DNA of 64,000 bases from Dehalococcoidia bacterium. GTDB taxonomy: Bacteria; Chloroflexota; Dehalococcoidia; UBA2979. The notes beneath the pieces are model-generated. The model saw only the letters and a list, made by a program, of their open reading frames with translations, made no database searches and was not told where the DNA came from. The first letter of the stretch is position 1, and every line of letters starts with the position of its first letter. The DNA lies in assembly GCA_964291495.2 (NCBI GenBank), contig OZ219871.1, positions 608,001-672,000 of the forward strand. The letters run 5' to 3'. Shown here in pieces: positions 26,332 to 35,667 of the stretch. The translations under genes and the position numbers were made by a program.

Positions 26332-28092
26332 ATGCCCGAGGTTGAGCCCGCGCGGCCGCGGCGACCGCGCCGCGTGCTCGTCGAGAAGAGCGTCACGGTC
26401 CCGCTCCGCGACGGGGTCAGAACCTACGGAGACCTCTACCGTCCCCTCGGGATCGGGCCCGTGCCGGCAGTGGTCTCTCGCACTCCGTACAACAAGGAGG
26501 TCGCCGGCCAGGGCGGTGGCGGCCTCTCCCCCCTCAAGTCCGCGGAACGTGGCTACGCGGTGCTCGTCGTCGACACGCGGGGTCGCGCCTCCTCGGAGGG
26601 CGAGTTCCGTCCGTTCGAGACCGAAGGCCCGGACGGCTACGACACGGTGGAGTGGGCGGCGGCGCAGCCATGGTGCGACGGGAACGTCGCGCTCCACGGC
26701 GGCTCCTACGGGGGTGTGACCGCCCTGCTGGGCGCGCGCGAGCGGCCACCCTCGCTTCGCTGCGTGGTCGCGACCAGCACCGGCGACGACTACTACGACG
26801 GCTGGATCTTCAGCGGCGGAGCCTTCCAGCTCGGGTTCGCGGCCACCTGGACGATGACCCTCGCCTCGACGAGCCTGATCCTGCGACCCGACTACGCTCG
26901 GCAGGTGACCGCCGAGCAGCAGGCGGAGCTGCGCCGCACCATCGCCGCCGGCCTCGAACCGCTGTGGACGCGGCCGCTCTCGGCGCTGGCGGGCATCTCG
27001 GCCGCGAACGTCGCGCCGTGGTGGGCGAGCTGGCTGGAGCACGAGCGGCGCGACGGCTACTGGGCGGACCTGAGCCCCAGCGGGCACTACGACTCGTTCG
27101 AGGTGCCCGTCCTGCACGTCGGCGGCTGGTTCGACGTCTTCGGAACGGGTGCGGTGCGGAACTACCAGGGCATCAGCGCCGCCGGCCGGACCGATCAGCT
27201 GCTGGTGGTCGGTCCCTGGGCGCACACCGAGTCCGGTCCCGCCCTGGGGGAGATGACGTTCGGACGCTCCGGAGCGCGAGAGGCGGCCGACATCGTCGGC
27301 GAGACCAACCGCTTCCTCGAGCGGCACCTGCGGCCGGGCAGGGAGGCCGCCCCCGCGAACGCCACCCCGGTGCGCTACTTCCTCATGGGCGCGAACGAGT
27401 GGCGGCTGGACAGCTCGTGGCCGCCCGCCGAGGCGCGCCCGAGGCGGCTCTACCTCGCGAGCGGCGGGAAGGCCAACACCCTGCACGGCGACGGCGCCCT
27501 GGTCGAGGCACCCCCAACAGAGGGGGCGGCCTCCGATCGCTACGTCTACGACCCGGACCAGCCCGTCGAGACCCACGGCGGCCCGATCGTCCACATGGCG
27601 ATCGGGCCGGCGGGCCCGCGCGATCAGCGTGAGATCGAGGCACGGGACGATGTGCTGTGCTACACGACGGCGCCGCTGGAGCAGCCCGTGACGATCGCGG
27701 GCCTCGTCCGCGCCAGCCTCTGGGCGGTGTCGGACTGCCCGGACACCGACTGGACGGCGAAGCTGGTCGAGGTGCTGCCGGACGGGCGCGCGGTAGGCAT
27801 CTGCGACGGGGTGATCCGCGCGCGCTTCCGGAACTCGCTGGAGGAGCCGCAGTTGCTCGAGCCGGGCAGGCCCGAGCGGTACGAGATCACGCTCGGCCAT
27901 CTGGCGCACCGCTTCGCGGCCGGTCATCGGGTGCGCCTCGAGATCTCAAGCTCGAACTTTCCGCGATTCGATCGGAACCCGAACACCGGCGAGCCGCTGG
28001 GCAGCGCCTCGACGGCGAGGATCGCCACGCAACACGTGCTCCACGACGAGTCGCACCACTCGTACCTCGAGTTCGACGCGCTGGCGGAGTAG
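26332..28092 (+). CDS. CocE/NonD family hydrolase
   Basis: PLRDGV, RTPYNK, DTRGRASSEG, GGSYGG, GGWFD, GPWAH, SSSNFPRFDRNPN. Confidence 0.92.
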   Translation: MPEVEPARPRRPRRVLVEKSVTVPLRDGVRTYGDLYRPLGIGPVPAVVSRTPYNKEVAGQGGGGLSPLKSAERGYAVLVVDTRGRASSEGEFRPFETEGPDGYDTVEWAAAQPWCDGNVALHGGSYGGVTALLGARERPPSLRCVVATSTGDDYYDGWIFSGGAFQLGFAATWTMTLASTSLILRPDYARQVTAEQQAELRRTIAAGLEPLWTRPLSALAGISAANVAPWWASWLEHERRDGYWADLSPSGHYDSFEVPVLHVGGWFDVFGTGAVRNYQGISAAGRTDQLLVVGPWAHTESGPALGEMTFGRSGAREAADIVGETNRFLERHLRPGREAAPANATPVRYFLMGANEWRLDSSWPPAEARPRRLYLASGGKANTLHGDGALVEAPPTEGAASDRYVYDPDQPVETHGGPIVHMAIGPAGPRDQREIEARDDVLCYTTAPLEQPVTIAGLVRASLWAVSDCPDTDWTAKLVEVLPDGRAVGICDGVIRARFRNSLEEPQLLEPGRPERYEITLGHLAHRFAAGHRVRLEISSSNFPRFDRNPNTGEPLGSASTARIATQHVLHDESHHSYLEFDALAE

Positions 28093-28120
28093 CCACAGGC
28101 GGTCCTTTGCCTGTCGTTCG

Positions 28121-28184
28121 TTGACAGGGGAATCACGCCTTTGGTATCAAGAGGCCCCTCCCGCGAGCGAGCGAGTGCTCGCTT
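28121..28184 (+). promoter_or_regulatory. Promoter TTGACA-N18-TATCAA plus operator GAGCGAGTGCTCGCTT (28169-28184)
   Basis: Read directly. Confidence 0.72.
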
Positions 28185-28289
28185 GTGCCGCATTCGGGAG
28201 CGGGACCACAGGCGCCGGGGAGAGCCGGACGAGCCAGCGGCACGGTGCGCCCACGCACTCACCCGGGATACGAACCGAAAGGACCCAGC

Positions 28290-29048
28290 ATGGCAGAGCG
28301 AGAGCCCCTCGACGTTATTGACGCGATCTTCTCGACCCCGGCAATGCGCTACCTGAAGACCGATCCGATCCCCGACGAGATCATCTGGGCGATCCTCGAC
28401 GCTGCGATCCGGGCTCCCAGCGGGACGAACACCCAGCGCTGGGGCTGGATGGTCGTCCGCGACCAGGAGACGAAGAACGAGATCGCGAAGATCTACCGGG
28501 ACACCTGGGCCCGCGCGAACCGCATCGTGGGTCATGGCCCCGAGCGAACTCGCGACGAGGAGTTCACGGCGAACAAGAAGGTGGAGTTCGGCGCCGCGAA
28601 CTACAACTCCGTCGAGCACCTCGCCGACCACTTCGAGTACGCGCCGGTGCTGATTGTCCCCTTCATGATCCAGAGCGGGCTGCGACCGGGCGACGACCCC
28701 GACGCGGACCCCGTGGTCAGGCCGTTCCAGGGCAGTCCGCTCATGGGCGGCTCGATCTACCAGGCCGTCCAGAACATGCAGCTCGCGGCGCGCGCCTACG
28801 GCATCGGGAGCACCTACACGAGCGTGGCGAACACCGAGGAACACGAGCCGCGGATGAAGGAGTTGCTGGGGTTGCCCGTCAACACCCGCACGATGTGCAT
28901 CATCCCGCTCGGGTACCCGCTCGACGTCGATGAGCTGGCCGAGGTCGGCGCGAGCCCGGCCCGCGCCCGCTTCTTCAGGCCGAACCGCATCCCTGTCGAC
29001 GAGGTGACGCACTGGGATCGGTTCGGAGAGCAGATGGACCGCGAGTAG
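28290..29048 (+). CDS. Nitroreductase-family flavoprotein
   Basis: AMRYLKTDPIP, AAIRAPSGTNTQRW, SIYQAVQNMQLAARAYGIG, IPLGYP. Confidence 0.9.
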   Translation: MAEREPLDVIDAIFSTPAMRYLKTDPIPDEIIWAILDAAIRAPSGTNTQRWGWMVVRDQETKNEIAKIYRDTWARANRIVGHGPERTRDEEFTANKKVEFGAANYNSVEHLADHFEYAPVLIVPFMIQSGLRPGDDPDADPVVRPFQGSPLMGGSIYQAVQNMQLAARAYGIGSTYTSVANTEEHEPRMKELLGLPVNTRTMCIIPLGYPLDVDELAEVGASPARARFFRPNRIPVDEVTHWDRFGEQMDRE

Positions 29049-29214
29049 GCGGGATTCCCGGCGCGGACTGCGGCCGGCTTGCGGCCCCCGGCCGTGAGCG
29101 AACCGCGGTCCGCCCGTCATCGCCCACGGGCGCGCCGGCGCGCCGCAGCCCGTCGTGGGTCAGCCCGTTGAACATGCCGGGCTGCCCCGCGACGGGGGGA
29201 GCAAGGACATTCGC

Positions 29215-29910
29215 ATGGTGGACAGGGAGCCCCTCGACGTTCTCGAGGCGATTCACTCGACTCGCTCAATCCGGTTCCTCAAGCCGGACCCGATCCCGGA
29301 CGAGGTGATCTGGGCGATCCTCGATGCCGCGATCCGCGGGCCGAACGGGTCCAACATGCAGCGCTGGGGCTGGATCGTCGTCACGGATCCGGAGAAGAAG
29401 AAGAAGCTCGCGGACTTCTACCGGGACGGCTGGAACCTCGCGAATCGCGTCGACAAGCGAAGCCGCGAGGAGCGGTTCGCAATCGCGAGCACGAACCAGC
29501 TCGGTTACCAGGGCTACCTCGGTGTCGAGTACCTCGCCGACCACCTCGAGGACGCTCCGGTGTTCATCATTCCGGTGACGATCGGGGCGCGACCCAGCCT
29601 GCGGTCGGGGTCTTCGATTTACGGGGCCGTCCAGAACCTGCAACTCGCGGCGCGGGCGTTCGGCATCGGCACGACGTTCACGTCCGCACACGCGATCGAA
29701 GACCATGCCGAGGAGACGAGGGAGTTGCTCGGCCTGCCGGAGAACGCCGTCGACATGTGCCTGATTCCGCTCGGCTATCCGATGAGCGAAGAGGAGCTGG
29801 CGGCGGTGGGCGCGAGCCCGAACCAGGGCCGGTTCGGTGTCCCACGCCGCGTGCCGGTCGAGCAGGTGACGTACTGGGATTCCTGGGGCGAGCAGAAGGC
29901 GCGGACATGA
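29215..29910 (+). CDS. Nitroreductase-family flavoprotein (tandem paralog)
   Basis: RSIRFLKPDPIP, AAIRGPNGSNMQRW, SIYGAVQNLQLAARAFGIG, IPLGYP. Confidence 0.9.
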   Translation: MVDREPLDVLEAIHSTRSIRFLKPDPIPDEVIWAILDAAIRGPNGSNMQRWGWIVVTDPEKKKKLADFYRDGWNLANRVDKRSREERFAIASTNQLGYQGYLGVEYLADHLEDAPVFIIPVTIGARPSLRSGSSIYGAVQNLQLAARAFGIGTTFTSAHAIEDHAEETRELLGLPENAVDMCLIPLGYPMSEEELAAVGASPNQGRFGVPRRVPVEQVTYWDSWGEQKART

Positions 29911-30074
29911 GCTACTCATTCGCCTGCGGTGACACGGGGCTGATCTGCGACGGCGAGTTCAGCGCCGACACCGAAGCTGAACTCCTGCAGCAGATCGATG
30001 AGCACTACCGGGTCGCCCACCTCGGCGCCAGGCCGATGGAGTACCGACTGAGGCAGCTGATCAAGTCGGAGTAG
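29907..30074 (+). CDS. DUF1059-like small metal-binding protein
   Basis: MSYSFACGDTGLICDGEFSADTEAELLQQIDEHYRVAH (C-x6-C...H-x4-H); ATGA overlap with the upstream stop. Confidence 0.78.
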   Translation: MSYSFACGDTGLICDGEFSADTEAELLQQIDEHYRVAHLGARPMEYRLRQLIKSE

Positions 30075-30109
30075 CGCGCCAGACCGCCCGGGCCAACGCG
30101 CGTCCGGGG

Positions 30110-30661
30110 TCAGTCGAGCAGCCCCATGTCCCGCAACTCGGAGAGGCCCGCGAGGACCTCGGCGTGTCGCACCCACCCCCGCAACATCTCGGGCGTCGTC
30201 CCGAACTCCGGGGCGATCGCGACGATCGCCGCCCACTGCGACTGGCGCCGCGGCTCCTGATCGAAGACCTCACGGACGGCCTGCTCGCGAGTCTCCGCCG
30301 GGTAGCTGCGTCCTCGCGTCACCGCACCATCCTCGAGGTCAGTCCGCTCGATGTGGATGAAGTCGAAGCCGGCGCTCGAGGCGGTCCAGCGGTCGACGGG
30401 CGAGTCGCCGATGTGCAGGTAGTGAGCGGCGCGGAACGTCTCGCGCAGCGACTCCAGGTGCTGTTTGAGCACGGCGAAGTGCACCGGCACCCCGTGCCGC
30501 CTCCAGAGCTCCTGCTGCGAGTGGAGCGGGCGGTCGGAGCAGCTGCCGACGACGAAGCCCAGGCGGAGGGCGCGGCGTACCGCCTCCAGCGGGAGCAGTC
30601 CCGGAGGATCGCCGATCTCGAGCGTGCCATCGATGTCGAAGCTGATCAGCCGAGCCGTCAT
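30110..30661 (-). CDS. HAD-like hydrolase fused to an IS3-family OrfA-like HTH
   Basis: N-terminal ISFDIDGTL and HIGDSPVD; C-terminal YPAETREQAVR...SQWAAIVAIAPEFGTTPEMLRGWVR. Confidence 0.75.
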   Translation of the reverse strand: MTARLISFDIDGTLEIGDPPGLLPLEAVRRALRLGFVVGSCSDRPLHSQQELWRRHGVPVHFAVLKQHLESLRETFRAAHYLHIGDSPVDRWTASSAGFDFIHIERTDLEDGAVTRGRSYPAETREQAVREVFDQEPRRQSQWAAIVAIAPEFGTTPEMLRGWVRHAEVLAGLSELRDMGLLD

Positions 30662-30756
30662 GCCCGAGGTTCCCGCCCGCGCAAGTCTTCACCATCGCTC
30701 GCGGGCGTCGCAAGCCCGAGGCGCCGGCCGCTTGCACCGCTGATGCAGGGCCAGCG

Positions 30757-30954
30757 GAGACCTTCGCGCAACCCTCTCCTCGGGGCAGCGAGCGCATCCC
30801 CTCCGGTCCCCTCTCCCCGAGGGAGAGGGTCAGGGTGAGGGAGGATCCGACCTCTGGAGTTTCGTTGCGCCGTCGGTACTTTCGAAGGGGCGCGGGAGTC
30901 CTCCCCCTCACCCCCGCCCTCTCCCCAGGGAGAGGGGGCCGGATCGGCCTTGCG
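30757..30954. repeat. Longer copy of the 24091 element with two CCCTCTCCC/GGGAGAGGG REP-like hairpins forming a large inverted repeat
   Basis: First ~57 nt match 24091 except for one base; arms gggagagggtcagggtgagggagga and tcctccccctcacccccgccctctccc; no intact right TIR. Confidence 0.75.
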
Positions 30955-30965
30955 CATGCTCGGAG

Positions 30966-32654
30966 TCACGAGGGCAGGAGGTGGAGCCGCAGCGCGGACG
31001 GGTGCTCTCGGTCGTGCAGCACCTCCTGGATGGCGACGCGGCTCTCGGTCTCGGTCGCCACGGGCCGGCCCGTGTTCGGATTGGGGTCGAACTTGGGGAA
31101 GTTCGAGCTCGACACCTCGAGGCGAACCCGATGGCCTGCCTCGAAGCGGCACGCCGTGTGGCCGAGGTCGATCGAGTAGCGCGTCGGGCGGCCCGGCTGC
31201 AGCGGGCGAGGGTCGGCGAGCGAGTCCCGGTAGCGCGCGCGGATGATGCCGTCGCAGAGCAGCACCGCGCGCCCGTCCGGGTGCACGTCGACGAGCTTGC
31301 CCGTCCAGTCGGTGTCCTCGGCATCAGTGCTCGCCCAGAGCTCGAGCGTCACGGGACCGGCGACCACGAGCGGCTCGTCGAGGGGCGGCGTCGTATAGCA
31401 GAGCACGTCGTCGCGCGCCTCGACAGTGCGTTGGTCGCGCGGGCCGGCCGGGTCCGTCGTCGGCGCCGGCCGCTCCGGGTCGTAGAGATAGCGGTCGGCG
31501 CGTTCCCCGGATGCGGGTGGCTCTTCCGCGAGGAGCCCGTCGCCGCGGTCGCTGTTCGCGCGTCCGTTGCTGTGGAGATAGAGCGCACGCGGCTCGGACT
31601 CCGGCGGTGGCCAGTCGTCCGCGTCGCACCAGCGGTTGGCGCCCAGCAGGAAGTAGCGGACGCGCGGGAGCCGCGGATCGCCGCCTCGCAGGTGCTGGTC
31701 GATGAAGCGGTTGAAGGCGGCGACCACGCCGGCGCCCGCGGCCGAGCCCGCCGGTCCGAAGTCCAGCTCTGCGAAGTACCGGTCGTAGTGCGTGTGCGCC
31801 CAGGGGCCGATCCAGAGGTGCTGCGCGGCGCGCTGCTGAGCGGACAGCGCCCGGAAGTTCCGCATCGTGCCGTGGGCGAAGAGGTCCCACCAGCCGCTGA
31901 CGTGGAACATCGGCACGTCGTAGTCCGAGTAGTCGCGCGCCGGACTGAGCCGCTGCCAGTACTCGTCGTGGCGGTCGTGCTCGAGCCAGTCGGACCACCA
32001 GGGCGCGATCCCCGGCAGCGACAGCCCGGGCGCCGAGGCGAGGGGGCGGACGTAGCCCTGGATGCCCCCGCCTGTCAGCGCCGCGCCGAGGCGCTCGCGG
32101 ATCTCGCCATCGAGGTCCATGCGCTGCGCGTTGACCGCGGCGACGCCCAGCGCCCAGCCGAGCGCGAAGCTCAGCTTGAACGCCCCGCCCTGGTACACCC
32201 AGTCACGGTAGAGGTCGTCCACCGTGATCATTGGAATCGCACAGCGCAGGGATGGTGGCCGCTCGCGCGCGGCGAGCAGTGTGGTGACGCCGAGGTAGGA
32301 CGGTCCGTAAACCCCCACGTTGCCGTCGCACCACGGCTGCGCGGCGGTCCACTCGATGGTGTCGTAGCCGTCGGGGCCCTCGTCCTGGAACGGGGTGAAC
32401 GTCCCCTCGGATCCGAACCGGCCCCGGACGTCCGTACTGACGACGGCGTAGCCGCGCTCCGCGAGCTTCCCGGGGGAGGGCAGCGTCCCCACCGCCCGCA
32501 GCTCGACTTCCTTGTCGTACGGGTTGCGCGTGACCAGCGCCGGGACCGCGCTCCCGTCCGCGGGCCGGTAGAGGTCGCCGACGGTGCGCGTGCCGTCACG
32601 CAGCGGGATCGGCACATCCTTCTCGATCAGGATCCGCGAGACGCGACTCACCAC
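30966..32654 (-). CDS. CocE/NonD family hydrolase
   Basis: PLRDGT, RNPYDK, DVRGRFGSEG, GPSYLG, GPWAH, SSSNFPKFDPNPN. Confidence 0.92.
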   Translation of the reverse strand: MVSRVSRILIEKDVPIPLRDGTRTVGDLYRPADGSAVPALVTRNPYDKEVELRAVGTLPSPGKLAERGYAVVSTDVRGRFGSEGTFTPFQDEGPDGYDTIEWTAAQPWCDGNVGVYGPSYLGVTTLLAARERPPSLRCAIPMITVDDLYRDWVYQGGAFKLSFALGWALGVAAVNAQRMDLDGEIRERLGAALTGGGIQGYVRPLASAPGLSLPGIAPWWSDWLEHDRHDEYWQRLSPARDYSDYDVPMFHVSGWWDLFAHGTMRNFRALSAQQRAAQHLWIGPWAHTHYDRYFAELDFGPAGSAAGAGVVAAFNRFIDQHLRGGDPRLPRVRYFLLGANRWCDADDWPPPESEPRALYLHSNGRANSDRGDGLLAEEPPASGERADRYLYDPERPAPTTDPAGPRDQRTVEARDDVLCYTTPPLDEPLVVAGPVTLELWASTDAEDTDWTGKLVDVHPDGRAVLLCDGIIRARYRDSLADPRPLQPGRPTRYSIDLGHTACRFEAGHRVRLEVSSSNFPKFDPNPNTGRPVATETESRVAIQEVLHDREHPSALRLHLLPS

Positions 32655-32728
32655 AGCGCCCTCGCCGTCAGCTCATGATCGCGTCGGTGCTGGCGGCCGC
32701 GCCGCGACGCCGCCGCCGCGACCTCCCC

Positions 32729-34036
32729 TTACGCCGTCGCCTGCAGCGCTTCGACGGGCTGCCGCCAGCCGGGGTCGACCTCGAACGGGTTGGCGATCCC
32801 GATCTCCTTCGCGTAGTCCTTGAGGGCGGGGATGACCTCCTCGCCCATCAGGCGGATGCTGCGCATGCTCTCCTTGTGGGTCATGGCGCCCTCGCCGTCC
32901 CAGAAGAAGATCGAGCCGATCCGCAGGAAGTCCATGACCTCCTTCACCCGCGCGATCACGGTCTCCGGCGAACCGACGACGATCGCGTTCGCGGCGACGA
33001 GTTCGTCGTAGCTCCTGCTCGCGCGCTTGGCGCGGCGGGCCGCCGCGGTGTCGTTCTCCGGCGTCACGACCTGGCGGCCCGAGGAGACGCCGCCGGGGCC
33101 GCTGCGGGTGTCCGCTCCCACGGTGGGCAGCAGCCGCGCGCGGTCGATCATCCCGGGCAGGTTCTGCATGAAGCCCCGGACCTGGCCCTCGTTCCCCTCG
33201 TTGAAGGGGTTGTTCGCGCCGAGGACGAAGTTCTTCCCCACGTCGTAGGCAAGCTCGTCGGTCTCGTCGACGTGGACCTTGATCAGGTAGCCGAAGTGCT
33301 GCGAGTCGGCCTCGTAGCCCTCCTCGCGCGCGACTTCGCTGTAGTACTCGAACGCCGCCTTCGTGGCGTTGATCTCGGTGGCGAGCATGATGTACGGGTA
33401 GCGCCGCCGAGCCGCCCACTCCATGGAGTTCTTGCTGATCAGGCCGCAGGCCATCTGCGCGGGCATCGGCTTCTGATACGGGAGCACCCAGGGATTCACC
33501 GCGCGGTAGTGGAAATGCTGCCCCTCCCAGCGGAACGGCCCGGGGGTGGTCCAGGCCTTCTCGATCAGCGCGTGCGCCTCCTCGAGCCGCTCGAAGTTGT
33601 AGGGCGGCTGCGCGGTGTGGGCCACGCTCTCGCGTCCGGTGCCGCGGACCCAGCCGTTGACGAGGCGGCCGCGCGAGATCAGGTCGATCTCGGCGAGCTG
33701 CTCGGCGAGCAGCAGCGGGTCGTCCCAGAGCGGGAGGATGTTGCCGAGCATCACGATCTTCACGCGCTCCGTGATGCGCGCGAGGATGCCCGCCTCGATA
33801 TTCGGCTGCGCGCCCATGCAGAACGGCCCGTTGTGGTGCTCGTTCAGCATGATCGCGTCGAAGCCCACCTCCTCGGCATAGCAGTGCTCGTCGAAGTAGC
33901 GATGGTAGAGGCCGGAGGCGACGTCGCTGTCGAACAGCGAGTTGCTGAGGTCCATGTCCGTCGTATTGCGTCGGCGCGACCTCAGATCCTCAACCGGATC
34001 CTGGTAGGCGCGTTCCACGAACTTGCCGATGAACAT
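32729..34036 (-). CDS. LLM-class flavin-dependent oxidoreductase
   Basis: AEEVGFDAIMLNEHH, LAEQLAEIDLISRGRL, AWTTPGPFRWEG, SIRLMGEEVIP. Confidence 0.92.
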   Translation of the reverse strand: MFIGKFVERAYQDPVEDLRSRRRNTTDMDLSNSLFDSDVASGLYHRYFDEHCYAEEVGFDAIMLNEHHNGPFCMGAQPNIEAGILARITERVKIVMLGNILPLWDDPLLLAEQLAEIDLISRGRLVNGWVRGTGRESVAHTAQPPYNFERLEEAHALIEKAWTTPGPFRWEGQHFHYRAVNPWVLPYQKPMPAQMACGLISKNSMEWAARRRYPYIMLATEINATKAAFEYYSEVAREEGYEADSQHFGYLIKVHVDETDELAYDVGKNFVLGANNPFNEGNEGQVRGFMQNLPGMIDRARLLPTVGADTRSGPGGVSSGRQVVTPENDTAAARRAKRASRSYDELVAANAIVVGSPETVIARVKEVMDFLRIGSIFFWDGEGAMTHKESMRSIRLMGEEVIPALKDYAKEIGIANPFEVDPGWRQPVEALQATA

Positions 34037-34077
34037 CCCGAACTCCGTTCCTCAGGGCAGGCTCGGCAGGTGGTCGC

Positions 34078-35283
34078 TCAGGCGACCGCTCCAGCCTCGC
34101 GCAACGCCGAGACTTCCTCTCCGCTGTAACCGAGCTCCGTCAGCACCTCGTCCGTGTGCTCGCCGAAGAGCGGCGCGGGGTCCATGCGCCCGTGGTCACC
34201 GTCGACTTCCAGCATGCCCCGCAGCTGCCAGAGCCGGCCCTTCGTCGGGTGCTCGATCGCCTTGTACATCTCGTTCCCGACGACCTGGGGATCGTCGAAG
34301 AGCTCCTCGACGCTCATGCGCATCGGTGACGCAGGCACCTTGTTGTGAGCGAGCAACTCCACGAGGTCGTCGAGTTGCATCGTGGAGATCCAGTGGCCGA
34401 GCAGCTCGTTGACCTCGGCGCCGTGGATCGAGCGCTGCAGCCTCGTGGCGTACTCGGGGCTCTCGCCCAGGTACGCGAGGTTCGCGAGCTCGCAGAGCTT
34501 CTTGAACTGCTTGTCGTTCCAGGCGCTGAGGTAGATCCAGCCACCGTCGGCGGTCTTGAATACGCCCAGCCCGCCCAGCCCGGCGAGGCCGTCGCCTCGC
34601 GGGGCCGCCGGCGGCGTGTCGTCGTCCTCGGCGATGACACGGAACGCGCCCACGAGGTGCATCGCCGCGTGGAAGATCGACGTGGTCACCAGGGAGCCTT
34701 CACCGGTGAGCTCGCGCTTCCGCAGACCCGACATCGCGCAGATGGTCGCGAGCAGCGCCGCGGTGGGATCGGGACCACCGCCTTTCAGCTCCGGGGGTTC
34801 GTCCTCACGTTGCGGCGGGCGGACGATGCCGCTGTAGGCCGCGGCGAGCACGGCGTAGCCGGGCTCGTTGGCCAGCGGGCCCTGTGTGCCCCAGCCGCTG
34901 ACCGTGACCTGCACCAACCGCGGATTGACCTTCTTCAGTTCCTCGTAGCCCAGCCCGAGCGCCTCGAGCGAGCCCGGGACGGTCGCCTCGATGAAGATGT
35001 CGGTGTCCTGCAGCAACCGCTTCAGCACGGCCTGACCGCCAGCGGTCTTCACGTCGATGACGACGCCCCGCTTGCTGCGGTTGCAGGTCGAGTAGAGCGT
35101 GCCTTCGCGGCCGAGGAAGGGCGTGGTGGAATTGCGCCCGTCATCGCCCCATGGGGGCTCGATGTGGACCACGTCCGCGCCCATCTCTGCCAGCATGCGC
35201 GCGGCCAGCGGTCCGGCGATATTCGTCGTCAGGTCAACGACCTTGACGCCGCTCATGGGGCCTATCGGGGGTGCTGCGGTCAT
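34078..35283 (-). CDS. Family III CoA-transferase (paralog of 25051)
   Basis: KVVDLTTNIAGP, GDDGRNSTTPFLGREG, NRSKRGVVIDVK; GGAGGA RBS. Confidence 0.92.
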   Translation of the reverse strand: MTAAPPIGPMSGVKVVDLTTNIAGPLAARMLAEMGADVVHIEPPWGDDGRNSTTPFLGREGTLYSTCNRSKRGVVIDVKTAGGQAVLKRLLQDTDIFIEATVPGSLEALGLGYEELKKVNPRLVQVTVSGWGTQGPLANEPGYAVLAAAYSGIVRPPQREDEPPELKGGGPDPTAALLATICAMSGLRKRELTGEGSLVTTSIFHAAMHLVGAFRVIAEDDDTPPAAPRGDGLAGLGGLGVFKTADGGWIYLSAWNDKQFKKLCELANLAYLGESPEYATRLQRSIHGAEVNELLGHWISTMQLDDLVELLAHNKVPASPMRMSVEELFDDPQVVGNEMYKAIEHPTKGRLWQLRGMLEVDGDHGRMDPAPLFGEHTDEVLTELGYSGEEVSALREAGAVA

Positions 35284-35435
35284 CTTCGAATCCTCCCGCC
35301 TCGTCACCCTGCGGGGACTTCCTGCCGGTGCGGTGCGCCTGCCCCTCGTTCGCGTCACCCGAGGTGGTCCCGAGCTGTCTGCCCGGACCGGGCGCTCCGC
35401 GTACACAAACCCCTCGCCTCGCCCGGCGGGCGAGC

Positions 35436-35490
35436 GAGCGAGCACTCGCTTACCCTCGTGTTCGTACACGGCGTGAGGCCGGCCTGTCAA
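35436..35490 (-). promoter_or_regulatory. Promoter TTGACA-N18-TACGAA plus operator AAGCGAGTGCTCGCTC (35436-35451)
   Basis: Read directly on the minus strand. Confidence 0.72.
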
Positions 35491-35667
35491 GCACGGCGGA
35501 CGCGGCAGCGGGCCGGTCGGCGGAGGCTCCTCGAGCGCCCGCGGGCGCCCTCGGGTGCGTGTCCGTCGTTGCCGCCCGGCGATCGATCGTGATAGAACGC
35601 TCCTGCGCTGAGCGTGCGCCCGCACAGGTCTGACGCCGCCCGCCCCGCCTGCACGAAGGACGAATCA

